A stretch of DNA of 35,160 nt from Xylographa opegraphella (lineage: Eukaryota), in NCBI GenBank assembly GCA_022813865.1, contig JALDZX010000017.1:372001-407160 (forward strand), in the 5' to 3' direction. The notes under the pieces were generated by a model. That model was not told where the DNA came from. It saw only the letters and a program-made list of their open reading frames with translations, and searched no databases. Shown here piece by piece: positions 10,855 through 22,387 of this stretch. The first letter of the stretch is position 1. Each line of letters opens with the position of its first letter. The translations under genes were made by a program, and so were the position numbers.

Positions 10855-12855
10855 ATGGATATCGTTGACCGTGATCTCGAAAAGGCGGAGCGTGATGCGA
10901 GCCCCGAGCGTTTCCCTCAACCAAAGTCGGAGGAATACGAGCATGTACAAAGAACCACCACATCGAGCACGAGCTCCTCGGACTCTTCCACTTCTTCGAG
11001 ATCGGTGGTTCGGGAGGAGATCGGGATATCGAGGTTGAATACACAGCGGGATCTCGAGCGGCATCCAACAGAATTGAGCCGGATCCAGACACAACGGAGT
11101 CAGCACATCGGAACTGTTGGCCGAAGCTTGACATCAAGGGAGTCGAGGAAGCCATTGCCTAAATTTGGGGGTGGGAAACCATACCCACCACCTCTGCCAG
11201 CACAGGAGGAGTACGTTGTCGAATTCGATGGACCCGATGATCCGTGCCATCCACAGAATTGGCCTTTGAAGAAGAAGTAAGTTTACTTGACGGGAGTCCT
11301 ATACTGCCTACAATTGTGTCGCTTTGATACATAATTCAGCTCCATCGTCTTTGAGCTTACAAACAACTTCTAATAATAGGGTCGGGATCGCGCTCATGCT
11401 TGGATACACAACATTGGTGTCAGCATTCACAAGTAGCATCTTCTCTGCTGCTACACAGGCGGTTGCCGACCAGTTTGCGGTTTCTGCCGAAGTCGGGCTA
11501 CTCGGTCTGTCGCTGTAAGTCAAATACAATTAATGATTTTCTATCTACAATTTACTGATATATCTTCTCTAAGGTACGTCCTTGGTTTTGCAACAGGACC
11601 GTTGGCCTGGGCACCGTTATCCGAATTAAAAGGCAGACGATTTCCGCTTGTGTTTTCAATGTTTGGATTTTCAATATTCCAAATTGGGGTAGCGACAGGA
11701 AAAGACCTCCAAACTGTTCTTTTATGTCGATTCTTTGGAGGCGTATTTGCTTCTTGCCCACTTGCTGTCGTGGCTGCAGTTTTCTCCGATATGTTCGACA
11801 ATAGAACCCGTGGGCTTGCTGTTACCGTGTTCTCCATGACCGTCTTTGCTGGACCTCTTATGGCTCCCTTTATTGGAGGCTTCATCGTGGACAGTTATCT
11901 TGGATGGAGGTGGACGGAGTATCTGGTTGCCATCATGGGCTTCTTCGCTTTCGGCCTCGATCTCATCTTTTTGGAAGAAACCTATCCGCCAATGGTGCTT
12001 GTGGACAAGGCCGCCGAACTTCGACGGAGGACCAAGAATTGGGGTATACATGCCAAGCAGGAGGAAATCGAGGTTGATTTCCGGGAATTGGTTTCGAAGA
12101 ATTTTAGCCGTCCCCTTCGGATCTTGGTGACTGAGCCGATCGTGTTGTTCCTTAGTATCTATATGGCTTTTATTTATGGGTTATTGTACCTTTTCCTAAC
12201 GGCCTACCCGATCGTGTTCCAGCAAATCCATGGGTTTAGCGGAGGCATAGGAGGTCTACCATATTTCGGCATGATCATAGGAATGCTAATTGCTGGCATG
12301 CTCATCGTTCTCGACCAACCAAGTTACACGAGGAAGCTTGCTGCTAACAACAACATTCCTGTACCTGAATGGCGACTACCACCAATGATTGCTGGCGGGG
12401 TCTCTTTCGCCATCGGTCTTTTCTGGTTTGGCTGGACCGGCTATCGAGCAGATATTCATTGGATTGTGCCAACTCTATCTGGCCTTTTCACCGGATTCGG
12501 ACTCCTGGCTATTTTCCTCCAAGCCCTCAATTACATCGTCGATGTGTATCTCATGTTGTAAGTATTATGTGCCTGGCTTTGAGCCTTTATTCGAGACCAG
12601 CTACTGAGAATCTACAGTGCCGCATCCGCTATCGCGGCAAACACCTTCCTGCGATCCCTCGCAGGTGCTGTTTTCCCCCTCTTCTCAATCTACATGTTCA
12701 ACGCGCTCGGCGTCAATTGGGCCGGCACTCTTCTCGGATGTGTCGCCGTCGTCCTCGTGCCTATCCCCATCATATTTCTCAAATATGGAGCTAGGATTCG
12801 CCGTAGGAGCAAGTTTGCACCAACATTGCCCAAACCGCCGGAAGCGGAGGAGTGA
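10855..12855 (+). CDS. MFS drug:H+ antiporter, DHA1 family (Tpo/Flr1-like; ~592 aa)
   Basis: Exons 10855-11276, 11380-11514, 11574-12557, 12618-12855, all GTAAGT...AG introns. Motifs [49 protein letters not shown] and [13 protein letters not shown]; about 12 hydrophobic segments. Confidence 0.93.
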
Positions 12856-13499
12856 GGGGGCAATATTGGGAATTCCACATTGGTTATGTTCTATCTGTGA
12901 ATAGTGATGTTTTTGTCATGATACCACATGCTGCGTATAATTACCTCTTTTTAATTCCTTTGTCGCTCAAGGGTTTCGATTGGAAATGTGTACGGCATTC
13001 GCGAAATCTGGAAATTCCACCATGTTTGTTTATATGAATCGTTTTGTCAACTCTGGCAATATATAGCTACTAGTGCCGTTTAGAGAAGAGTGTTCAGAGG
13101 CAATTCCTTCGTTATTGGTCGGTTGTTCGTCCATCTGTATGTTAATTCATGGATATACTTCTTAGGCCCAGTACTCGGTAAGGCACAATGCAGGATGTCA
13201 CCAACTCATCCTTGGGGGTGATGTACCACGAATCTCTGATGCTTCTTGTTACTCATCACAGATGCCCACGCCCGCTGTTCGATTGCGAAGCACTCCGTGC
13301 ACGCAGAGTTGTATATCGGCGGGGAGATAGATAATATGTGTAACGAACAAGTTGGGATCCGGAATGGGAACCCACACTGGTCCTGTAGTCACAATCACAA
13401 TGGCAGAACGGGTAGATACAGGATTGGCTCTGTCAGCCAAGGGTGTTCCTGACCTGGTTACATAAATCCACATATACTTCAGATCTCATCTACCCAGCC

Positions 13500-15826
13500 T
13501 CAAACACCACTCCCCCACTGCGCCTTCAGCCGATCATACTTCCTCCGATCGCCCACACTCGCTCTGACCGAGCTGCGCGCGCTGACAAAGTCCTGTAGCC
13601 GTATATCATCATCCCGCTTGATCGCCGCGTACCCGGCCCTCCGAAGCAGACTCTCCAGATCAGCACCGCTGAAACCCTCACAGTCTCGGGCTACACTTGC
13701 AATGTCGGCCGAGAACTTGATGCTCAGGTTCCGGATCAGCGTCTGCAGGATCTCGACTCTCTCTTCTTCGCCCGGGAGGTCGACGAAAAGCAGTGTTTCG
13801 AGGCGTCCAGGTCGCAGCATGGCAGGATCGATGATGTCCGGCCGGTTCGTAGCCGCGATCACGTAAATGCCCAGACGGTTGCTCAAGCCGTCGAGTTCTG
13901 TAAGGAGGGTGTTGACCACTCGTGCGCTCGACTCGGACAGTGCGTCGTCTCGCTTGGGCACCAGGGCATCCAGCTCGTCGAAAAAGATGACGCACGGGAT
14001 GCTGGATCGCGCGCGGACGAACACTTGGCGGACTGCGCGTTCCGATTCGCCTACGTACTTGTTCAACAGTTCTGGCCCTTTGACACTGATAAAGTTGGCA
14101 CGAGACTCGTTTGCGACTGCTTTCGCGAGTAACGTCTTCCCGCATCCGGGGGGTCCCCATAGGAGAACACCTGTTGGCGCGGTGATCCCAACGCGCGCGT
14201 ACTTCTCCGGATGTCGAATTGGCTCCACAATGGCAGTCAAAAGTTCTTCGCGGACCGGCCGAAGGGCACCAATGTCAGCCCAAGTGGTGTCGGGTATGGT
14301 GGCAAACCCTTCGCGCTTAGACGACGGTTGAATTTTAGGAAGGGCGGTCAAAAAGTCTTCGTTGGTGATTGCGACAGCTTGCATATCATCCGCTGCAGGT
14401 TCTCGCGCACGCTTGATCAGCCCCCGTAGCTCAGCAACTTTGGCCGATACCAAAGGGTCAGTGTCAATATCCATTTCTGTGGATTGTGTTTTGAGTGTAT
14501 CGAGAAAGCGTTTGATCGCCGTCGAGCCAGCAGTAGAGACCAGATCGTTCAGATCTGCCCCCACAAATCCCGGTGTGAGCTTTGCAAGATGCCGAAAATC
14601 AAAATCCCCTGACAAACTCATTTGACGGGTCAGTGCTCGCAATATCTGTTCTCGAACAGGTTCACTCGGAACGCTCAAGTTAATCTCCTTGTCAAACCTT
14701 CCGCCTCTCCTTAGTGCGGGATCCAAGCTGTCCGGTCTGTTGGTAGCTGCAAGTACAATCACGGCTTTACCTCCTGTCTTCTCTAGAGCAAGGTCATCCA
14801 TGCAGGTGAGCAGCTGGGCGACAATCCGTTTCTCCATTTCTCGCTGCGCACTCTCTCTTTTTGGCGTGATAGCGTCAATCTCGTCGATAAAGACTAGGCA
14901 GGGTGCCATTTTCTTGGCTTCTTCAAAGTGTTCTCTCAAAGCCTTCTCAGATTCACCAGACATACCTGACACGATAGAAGGCGCCGATAGAGCTATGAAA
15001 GGTACACCGAGTTCCGCAGCAAACGCATTAGCTATCATAGTCTTTCCGCAGCCCGGAGGCCCATGAAGTAGGATGCCACGTGGGGGCTGTATTCTGGACG
15101 TAGTGTATATCTGAGGCTGGAGAAGGGGTAGGACGATTAGGTCTTCGAGTTGTTGAATCACAGCATCGACTCCCCCGAGATCCGCCAGTGATACATGTGT
15201 AGGTGGAGAGCGGTCTACTTCCATGGCACTCTTTCTCTTCTTCGCAAGGGGTTCCCCATTTGCGGACCGCTTCTTCGATTTGGCGGACTCAGAGGCGACA
15301 TCTTTCTCTCCATTTGTGACGGCTTGCGATATGCTGTTGGGGTGTGGTGAGCCTTTTGCCCAGATTCCTACAATGCTCTTGTTCAAGCCGTTCGATACCT
15401 AAAGAGGTTTAGTGATTTGACTCTACAAGAAAGACGACCACAAGTTACTTTTGGTTCCTTAATCTCTATGCCGTCAAATTCTCCATCTATAGATCCCAGG
15501 TCCTCGCTGCTGCCATCCTCCTCTTTCAATACTAATAGGACACGGTCGATACTGTCCTCTAAAAGCTTCTTGCTTTTCCTGTTCAAGCTAGAATTTGAGC
15601 GCTTGATACTCTCGTATACGCTCGTGACTGATATACATGCTTTTCTATTCGGCTCGTATTGTTCCTGCTCATCAGCAATCTTTCGCACAATTTGGTAGAT
15701 CTAGACATTTCGACGTCAGTGACCACTTAGAGAATCTTGTGGATGGATCAATCGGATATGGGCCCGTACCTCTTTATCTAGGCCTTGGCCAAGGGTTACC
15801 CTTCCCCCTCCATACCGCGGAGCCAT
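13500..15826 (-). CDS. RIX7: Ribosome biogenesis type II AAA+ ATPase Rix7/NVL (~735 aa)
   Basis: Exons 15826-15770, 15700-15449, 15398-13500. Two AAA modules (GPPGCGKT twice; IDEID and FDELD Walker B; SRH ATNRPD). Rix7-typical PKRESAQREMEKRIVAQLLTCMDDL and QPSSKREGFATIPDTTW. N-terminus MAPRYGGGRVTLGQGLDKE|IYQIVRK. Confidence 0.95.
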
Positions 15827-15919
15827 TGGTCAAGCGGCGAGAATTGATCCGACCATGCAGTTTTGATATTTTGCTCTAGTCGTAGAAGAAAAAATCCCTG
15901 TAATTTTGTGGCCTTGCCC

Positions 15920-15929
15920 TTATCGATAA
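15920..15929. promoter_or_regulatory. Perfect 10-bp palindrome TTATCGATAA in the 172-bp RIX7/VPS20 divergent intergenic region
   Basis: The palindrome is seen directly, near the middle of the short spacer between the two start codons. Regulatory function is inferred. Confidence 0.4.
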
Positions 15930-15998
15930 CAGCCCTACGGACCGAGGTCTGCATGATCACCAGTCGCTCTCACTAACAACAAATGCCATCATGCTACG

Positions 15999-16710
15999 AT
16001 GGGGAATACACCCAGTTCGCACAAGATATCTGCACAGGATCGGTATGCTGGGGATATGTTTCATGTTAGCAGCTCCTTCGAATTAACGCGCTATTAGGGC
16101 CATCCTGGAAATGAAGAATCAGCGCGACAAGCTGCATCAGTATCAGAAGAGAATCACTAAGCTGACAGATCGAGAAACGGCAATTGCTAAAAAATGCCTT
16201 GCGCGAGGGCAGAAGTCAAAGGCACTGTTGGCGCTCCGGCGGAAGAAATACCAAGAATCGTTACTGGCGAAGACGGACCTGCAGCTAGAACAACTGCAGC
16301 AACTTACAAGTGACGTAGAGTTTGCTACGGTGCAGAAGGATGTTCTGTACGGCTTACAGCAAGGTACGCTGGTCCTCAACCAGATACACGCCGAGATGGG
16401 GGGCATAGACAAAGTGGAGAGGCTGCTGGAGGAAAGCGCAGAGGCAAGGGCTTACGAACGCGAAATCAGCGAGATGTTGGGCGGAAAGATGTCGAATGCC
16501 GACGAAGACGAAGTTGAGGATGAGCTCGAACAGATGCAGAAGGAGGTCAGCGGGATGAAGGAGTCCGCAGTACCAAGTCTTCCCAACGCTCTCAATGCCG
16601 AGCTCAAGAGTCCGGGTGCAGATGCAGAGTCTGTAGATGTGCAGCGGAAAGCTAGGGCAAGGGCGAGAGCGGAGGCTCTACGGCAGCCTCCTGAGCTTAT
16701 TGCAGCATGA
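15999..16710 (+). CDS. VPS20: ESCRT-III subunit Vps20/CHMP6 (Snf7 family; ~218 aa)
   Basis: Exons 15999-16042 and 16098-16710. Myristoylation-type start MGNTPSSHKISAQDRAILEMKNQRDKLHQYQ; ALLALRRKKYQESLL; acidic DEDEVEDELE. Confidence 0.93.
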
Positions 16711-16964
16711 ACAGGAACACCACTTTTGCATAATTCATAGCGCCGGCGCAGGTTTAATGACAGATGGGGTTTTCAGCACTTCACGAATAATTTTGGTCAC
16801 TTCGGAGCGAGTCAGAAAGATCTATCGATCATATTTTCTGGCTAATATACTAGGGCGAACAAGCAAGTTTGCTGATGATGCTGTATTCTGTGCAGTTCCT
16901 TGTTTGCCATGCCCTTCATACGGCCCTTGAAGCTTGTTTAGGGCAGTCATCAAGGTGAATGCTT

Positions 16965-17673
16965 TTACATTCCACTGCGTGGCCCTGATGCAGCCATGTC
17001 ACTGACTCCCACGATCGAAGTGTGGTCCCGAGGGTTGGCCGCTTTCTCATAGAGAACTTCAACCGGCTCCCTTGTGAGCTTTGTGAAGTCACCCTTGAAA
17101 GCCAAATAGTGAATCTCCGTAGAATCATTTCCGTAGTTATCCTCGAAGAACAAAGTGAGAGAATAGGTATTACCAAACAAGGCTCTCTTTACTGGCACTT
17201 CCTGGATATCTGATGTCTGGGACAATGTCAAGACTTGCGTAGGCGGAAGCACTCCGGCGGCGTCAAAGTCGAGGTCATCCCTGTTCAGAAAAAGCTTCAG
17301 CGTCTTAGGTGCTGAATCCGAAGTGGACGACCGAACAAGGACGGAGTGAAGCTTGACTGTTCCAGCAAACCTATTTCAGGATGAGCTCGTAAGGTACCCG
17401 AGTCCAGGAACAAGAATTGACTAACGGAACTGTCATCAATAGCTGCTCGTCTGCATCACTCGTAAGAAGAGGCTCCGGGTTCATTCTCTGGGTCCATGTC
17501 TTTTCAACAATTTTGGCTCCAGCGTCGGATTGGCTTTCATTTAAGGTGGTTATCTTTTCAAACTCAATCTGTTTCCAAAGAAGGCTTTGTAGGGCTGGTT
17601 CGACATCGTCGGAATGATCATGGACACTATGATGATTGTCATGGTGGTGAGAATGATTGTGACTGTGAGACAT
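16965..17673 (-). CDS. PITH (DUF1000) domain protein, PITHD1-like (~217 aa), His-rich N-terminus
   Basis: Exons 17673-17426 and 17370-16965 (intron GTTAGT...TAG). Motifs SDADEQLLMTVP|FAGTVKLHS, APKTLKLFLNRDDLDFD, LTLFFEDNYG and YEKAANPRDH. Confidence 0.92.
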
Positions 17674-17955
17674 GTTGTCTGTGTGAGTGTGACTGTAAAG
17701 TGCGATAGAACACCAATCTCAAATTGTACTACATAGGGTAATTCGCGACCTGATACTGTAGGTACCGAGGTACCTAGGTAGGCTTGCAGTTACTATACTG
17801 TGCTCCTTCAAGCTTCTGTTTTGTGAAATACCAGTAAATTGGTTAACGGATAAGTGAACGTGATGCTTTTCCAACTTCGCTTAAATAGGGCAATTCATAA
17901 ATTGTGGTTTACATTTTGTGAAGTGTCACGAGAACACCGCATTGAGTATATTGCA

Positions 17956-20084
17956 TTATTTGATTTTGTAGTATTCTGAGGCATATTCTAAAAGCCAACT
18001 TTTCTGTATTTTGGTCACATCCCGAATGAAAGTCTTGGTGCCCGTTTCCATGACCTCATGGAAGAGTACCCAATCTGCCTTTCGATTCTGTTATATCATC
18101 AGTTATATCATCAGTTATTATGTTTTCAAGTCTGGAGATAGAAATACAAAACATACAAACATTAACGAGCCTGGGTGTGCATGCAAAGTAGTCCCACCAC
18201 CGACTGTTTTAAAAGTGCCATCCGGCTGCATTCTTGCGGCATGTGCGAAGAAACCGGTTGTTAGACATCGTCGTATCTGCTCGCCTTTGTCCAAGTGTTC
18301 GTCCGTACTACCATTTCTAGCTAGCGTCTCCTCAACGTTGATACCGAAGCGTGCCAGATAGCGTTTCAACTGTGCTCGTACACTGACAGCTCTTTGCATA
18401 GACTTGAAGTTGAGATAATTGTCTCTGCACCATTTGGACTCCTTCCTTCCCTTTGTGACGAATGCTTGATATACATTAAGTAACGTCAGATGATCTCCCT
18501 CTTCAGCTGCAAATTTTCGGCGCGCTGTCTCTGAAGCCTTTTTCTCGCCATCGTGTGAGAACCATACCGCACCTTGGAGAGATGTCATCGCCGCTATGGA
18601 AAGTATCTCACTGAGGCAGCTGAAGGTTGTTGCCGATAGCAACACCTTGGCCATCATAGGCTCCACTGCAAGCTCAGCCATCCGAGTGCCTAGAGGCCGT
18701 GTAAGCTTCGCGTAATCATCAAGGGCACCGAGAGAGAACAAAAGCTCGAGGGCACGAATAATGAGTTCGGCTGGTGGAGGAGTGAGAAAATCGAAGCGAG
18801 CTATATTGTCTATCCCAAGTGCTTTAAGTTGGAGAATTGCAGGAGCCAGATTCGAGCGTTGAATTTCTGGGACAGTCGCCTCAGCCATAGTTTCGTAGGT
18901 CTTTTCGGTGTATAGACGATAGCATTTCCCTGGCTTTGTACGCCCAGCTCTTCCAGCCCGTTGGGTAGCAGCCGCTTTCGAGACAGATGTTGCTGTCAAA
19001 CTCTCAATCCCTGTTTTTGGATTGAATGCTCGGAGCTTCACAAAACCACAGTCAATGACATAAACTATACCATCGATGGTTACAGAAGCTTCAGCGATGT
19101 TCGTAGAGACTATTACCTTCCTTGTGTTCTCTGGTGTTGGCTCGAAGACATAGAGCTGCTGCTCCGTAGAAAGGCCTGCATACATGGGGAGCGCGAGTAT
19201 TGATGGCGCTTGCGAATGTAACGAGGCCGCACGCTCGGAGATCATCTGAATAGCTGTATCAATCTCTTCACGTCCAGTCAAAAAAAGCAGAACATCTCCA
19301 TCGGCCTCAGCGCCATGTATATCAAACACGAGATTGACGGCCCGTTCGACATAGTTCTCAGTTGGCTCTTCTAGGTACATAATGTCTACCGTGTACATTC
19401 GGCCTTCAAGGCTGATGATTGTACTGGCATTACCGCCATCTTTGTCACTTCTGGCGGTGGCATTGCCAGCAAAAAAACGTAGAAACTGCTCTGCCTGTAG
19501 TGTCGCACTGCTTACGATGATTCTAAGTTCCGAGCGCCGCTTCATTACCTTTTTGAGGACGCCAAGAAGAAGATCGGTACTCAACGACCGCTCATGCGCT
19601 TCGTCGACCATAATAACCGAATAGCGTGACAGCAGCGGATCAACGAGAGCTTCTCGCAGCAGGAGACCATCTGTCATAAACTTGATTCGTGTCGAAGCAG
19701 AAGTCAAGTCCTCAAATCTGATAGAGTAACCGACCTCTTCACCGAGCTTGGAGTGCATCTCCTCAGCCACTCTTGCTGCCACGGTGGTAGCTGCTACCCG
19801 TCGGGGCTAGAGAACATCAGATACTTCTCTTTCGTTCTCGGCATAGATCATAACTTACCTACCTGTGTCACCGCAATGACCTTGTCGTCTCCACACCATC
19901 CCGCTTGCTCTAAGAACTGTGGTAACTGCGTACTCTTTCCACTACCAGTTTGCCCGACAACTATAGTCACTTGAAATGTTTCTACCAAGTATAGAAGATT
20001 TTGGCGATGTCGAGCAATAGGAAGTAGGGCAGAAGGCTTGTGTAGAGAAGGAATGAATGAAGAAGAGATATCTAATTCAGACAT
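17956..20084 (-). CDS. DHX35: DEAH-box RNA helicase DHX35 (Gih35-like; ~667 aa)
   Basis: Exons 20084-19863, 19806-18157, 18087-17956. Motifs GQTGSGKSTQ, TQ|PRRVAA, DEAH, SAT, STNIAEASVTIDG and QRAGRAGR, with HA2/OB-fold C-terminus. The very short N-terminus and LLREALVDPLLSRYS favour DHX35 over Prp22/Prp16/Prp2/Prp43. Confidence 0.88.
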
Positions 20085-20412
20085 CTTGGTCGATGGCTAA
20101 TACCAGGATTCCAAGGGGAATACAGTATTCATTAGATAGTACTTGATTGATGTCAGTCAAACAGCGAGCCGCGAAAAGTTGTCGAGCGGCAAAATGGCGC
20201 CACAGCTGCAAGACGCCTTGACGATTGTGGCTTGGAGCTGTCGTGGCTCAGCCCTAGGATTTGTGACGGTACCTAACGCAGCTCGTAGGTAGCCACTGGT
20301 TTATGTTGTTGCATACAAGTCCATCCGTTCAAAGACTCAAGATTGTTTATCTATTGGAGAAGTTGCGAATATTCAAGATCGTCCTAGGAATAATCACTAT
20401 CTTGATATCAAG

Positions 20413-21939
20413 ATGGCTGATTCGGAGAAACCAGTCAGTAGCCATTCCTTGAGCAAAGAAACCGTAACTCAACAAGCTTCAGAAAATTGATGGACCTCCC
20501 GAATCACCTACGACAGCTAGAGAACTCGATTTTGACGATGAAGATCTATCCGCGTCACCAAGGCCTGCAAAACCAACAACTGACTCTGGCCCGCTTCCGC
20601 CATACAATGCCCAAGAAGACGTTGCTCCCCCTCAGCCTCCACGTCCACTAAGTCCACGGCAGCAGTCCGAAAATACACTCAAAGAAGCATTCCCTAGTAT
20701 CGATGCTGCTGTGGTCAAGGCGGTATTGACCGCAAGTGGTGGACAGCTTGAGCCGGCTTTTCATGCGCTTCTAGGCATGTGACCGATCACTACTGGAGTC
20801 TGAATTACAAACACTGACCACAGCCAGGCATGTCTGATCCTGATTCTCAAAACGAGCCGGCACCGCCCCCACAGCCCCCAAGACCGGTGTCTTCTGCGAA
20901 GCTACACGCAGGTCAGAGCCAGCTTGAGGCTGATGAGCAGTATGCTCGGCAATTGGCGGAGCACTATAACGGCACAGCAGCTTATGGAGGTCCTCCGAGA
21001 AGTAGCTCGAGAGATCAAAGGTCCCCACGCGGAGCTAGAAATAGGGACACCGGCCTGAAGCCCAGCGAGCTTTATGAGGATGATCGGGAACGTAGCTTTA
21101 TTGATGGTATGACAGACCTCGCCGGTGATACGAAGTGACAACTGATCAGCTCCTAGATGATCTACCAGTCATACGAGACAACATACGTAAGGGATTCATT
21201 GAAACCCAATCCAAAGTGAATAGCTTCATCAACAACCTGAAGAAAAGGATTGACGGGGATGATGACGAGGGTGCTCTGCGACCTCCAGCACGGACTGCCA
21301 CAGGTTATAGTTCCGGGCAAACTCAGCAACAATATGGCGGGAGACGAAGTGGGGATGTTGGCCGCCGTAGTGGGGATCGGGACAGATACGACGCAGATCC
21401 TCAGGTTCTCGGCGACGATTTTGCGACTCTCCAGATGCATGATGAAACAAGTAAGTAATGTGACTCTTTTCCCGACCAGATTCTTTTGTAACAAAAATAC
21501 AGCACCGCCACGTCGATCCACCCGCCCATTAGCAAATCCCGATCTCTTCAAACCTACACCTGCTTCGCCACCAAGAGGCCGCGGAGTCGCTTTCCAGGAC
21601 GGCCCCCTTGATGCAATGGAGGAACTATACCGAGTTTCGCCAGATCCGACCAAGCGACCCACGTCCAGCGCGAGTAGAAGCAAATGGCAGCCACTCGCAG
21701 CGGTTGACCCGCATCCAATTGCTGACCATGATCCCTTCAGTCTCGGAGATAGCGACGAGGAAGATGCTAAAAAGAAGGACTTGAAGCCGGATGATTCAGA
21801 ACGACTCAAGAATGCGGCCGCGGAAGCTGTGCCAGATGATGTTGGCGCTGCAGACAAGAAGGACTTACAACCTCGAGAAACTTTAGGGAGTGCCGGCACA
21901 CAGGACAAGGAAGCGGTCGAGAATTTGACAAAGTCATGA
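20413..21939 (+). CDS. CUE5: CUE-domain ubiquitin-binding autophagy adaptor Cue5 (~440 aa)
   Basis: Exons 20413-20433, 20483-20774, 20828-21106, 21157-21450, 21503-21939; intron 2 is GC-AG. CUE domain LKEAFPSIDAAVVKAVLTASGGQLEPAFHALLGMSDP; QLEADEQYARQL; FIDDDLPVIRDNIRKGFIETQSKV; C-terminal WQPL Atg8-interacting motif as in yeast Cue5. Confidence 0.88.
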
Positions 21940-22387
21940 GTATTTTTAATCTGTCGTATGGAACTTGTTGTTAGATATTAGTCTTGGGAAGCTCGGCTTT
22001 TCTTGTAGCCTGCATGAATATGCTGTGACTGGTAAACAAGACCGTTTGGGCACTTCCAGTACATGGCACATTTAGGAGCTAGCGATGCGACCTTCTGCCA
22101 CTCCGCACCCCGCTTTTGAGACTCACGGAATATGATCTAAATGACCGGAGCGGCCAAAGTATTGAGACCAGATATGTTACCTGCTACCGTGGCCTGTCGT
22201 TCGCTCGAGGTCCACAACTTATCGTAATTTTAGGGCTGAGGATAAGGTTGCTTGTCCTCGAAAACAGTCAAAGCGCTGGACAGTGCGGCCAGATTATCAG
22301 TTTGACGTGAGTATGCACCCACAGGCTCCAAAGAAGTGTGAATTTTCACGTTGGCCTCTCCTTTCAAGGCTTTCAATGCCTTATTGC

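Noticed and set aside
13618..15066. Several antisense and alternative-frame ORFs inside RIX7
   Set aside because: Explained by the codon bias of RIX7; no domain features.
21162..21908. 248-aa minus-strand ORF
   Set aside because: Antisense shadow of CUE5 exons; no independent motif.
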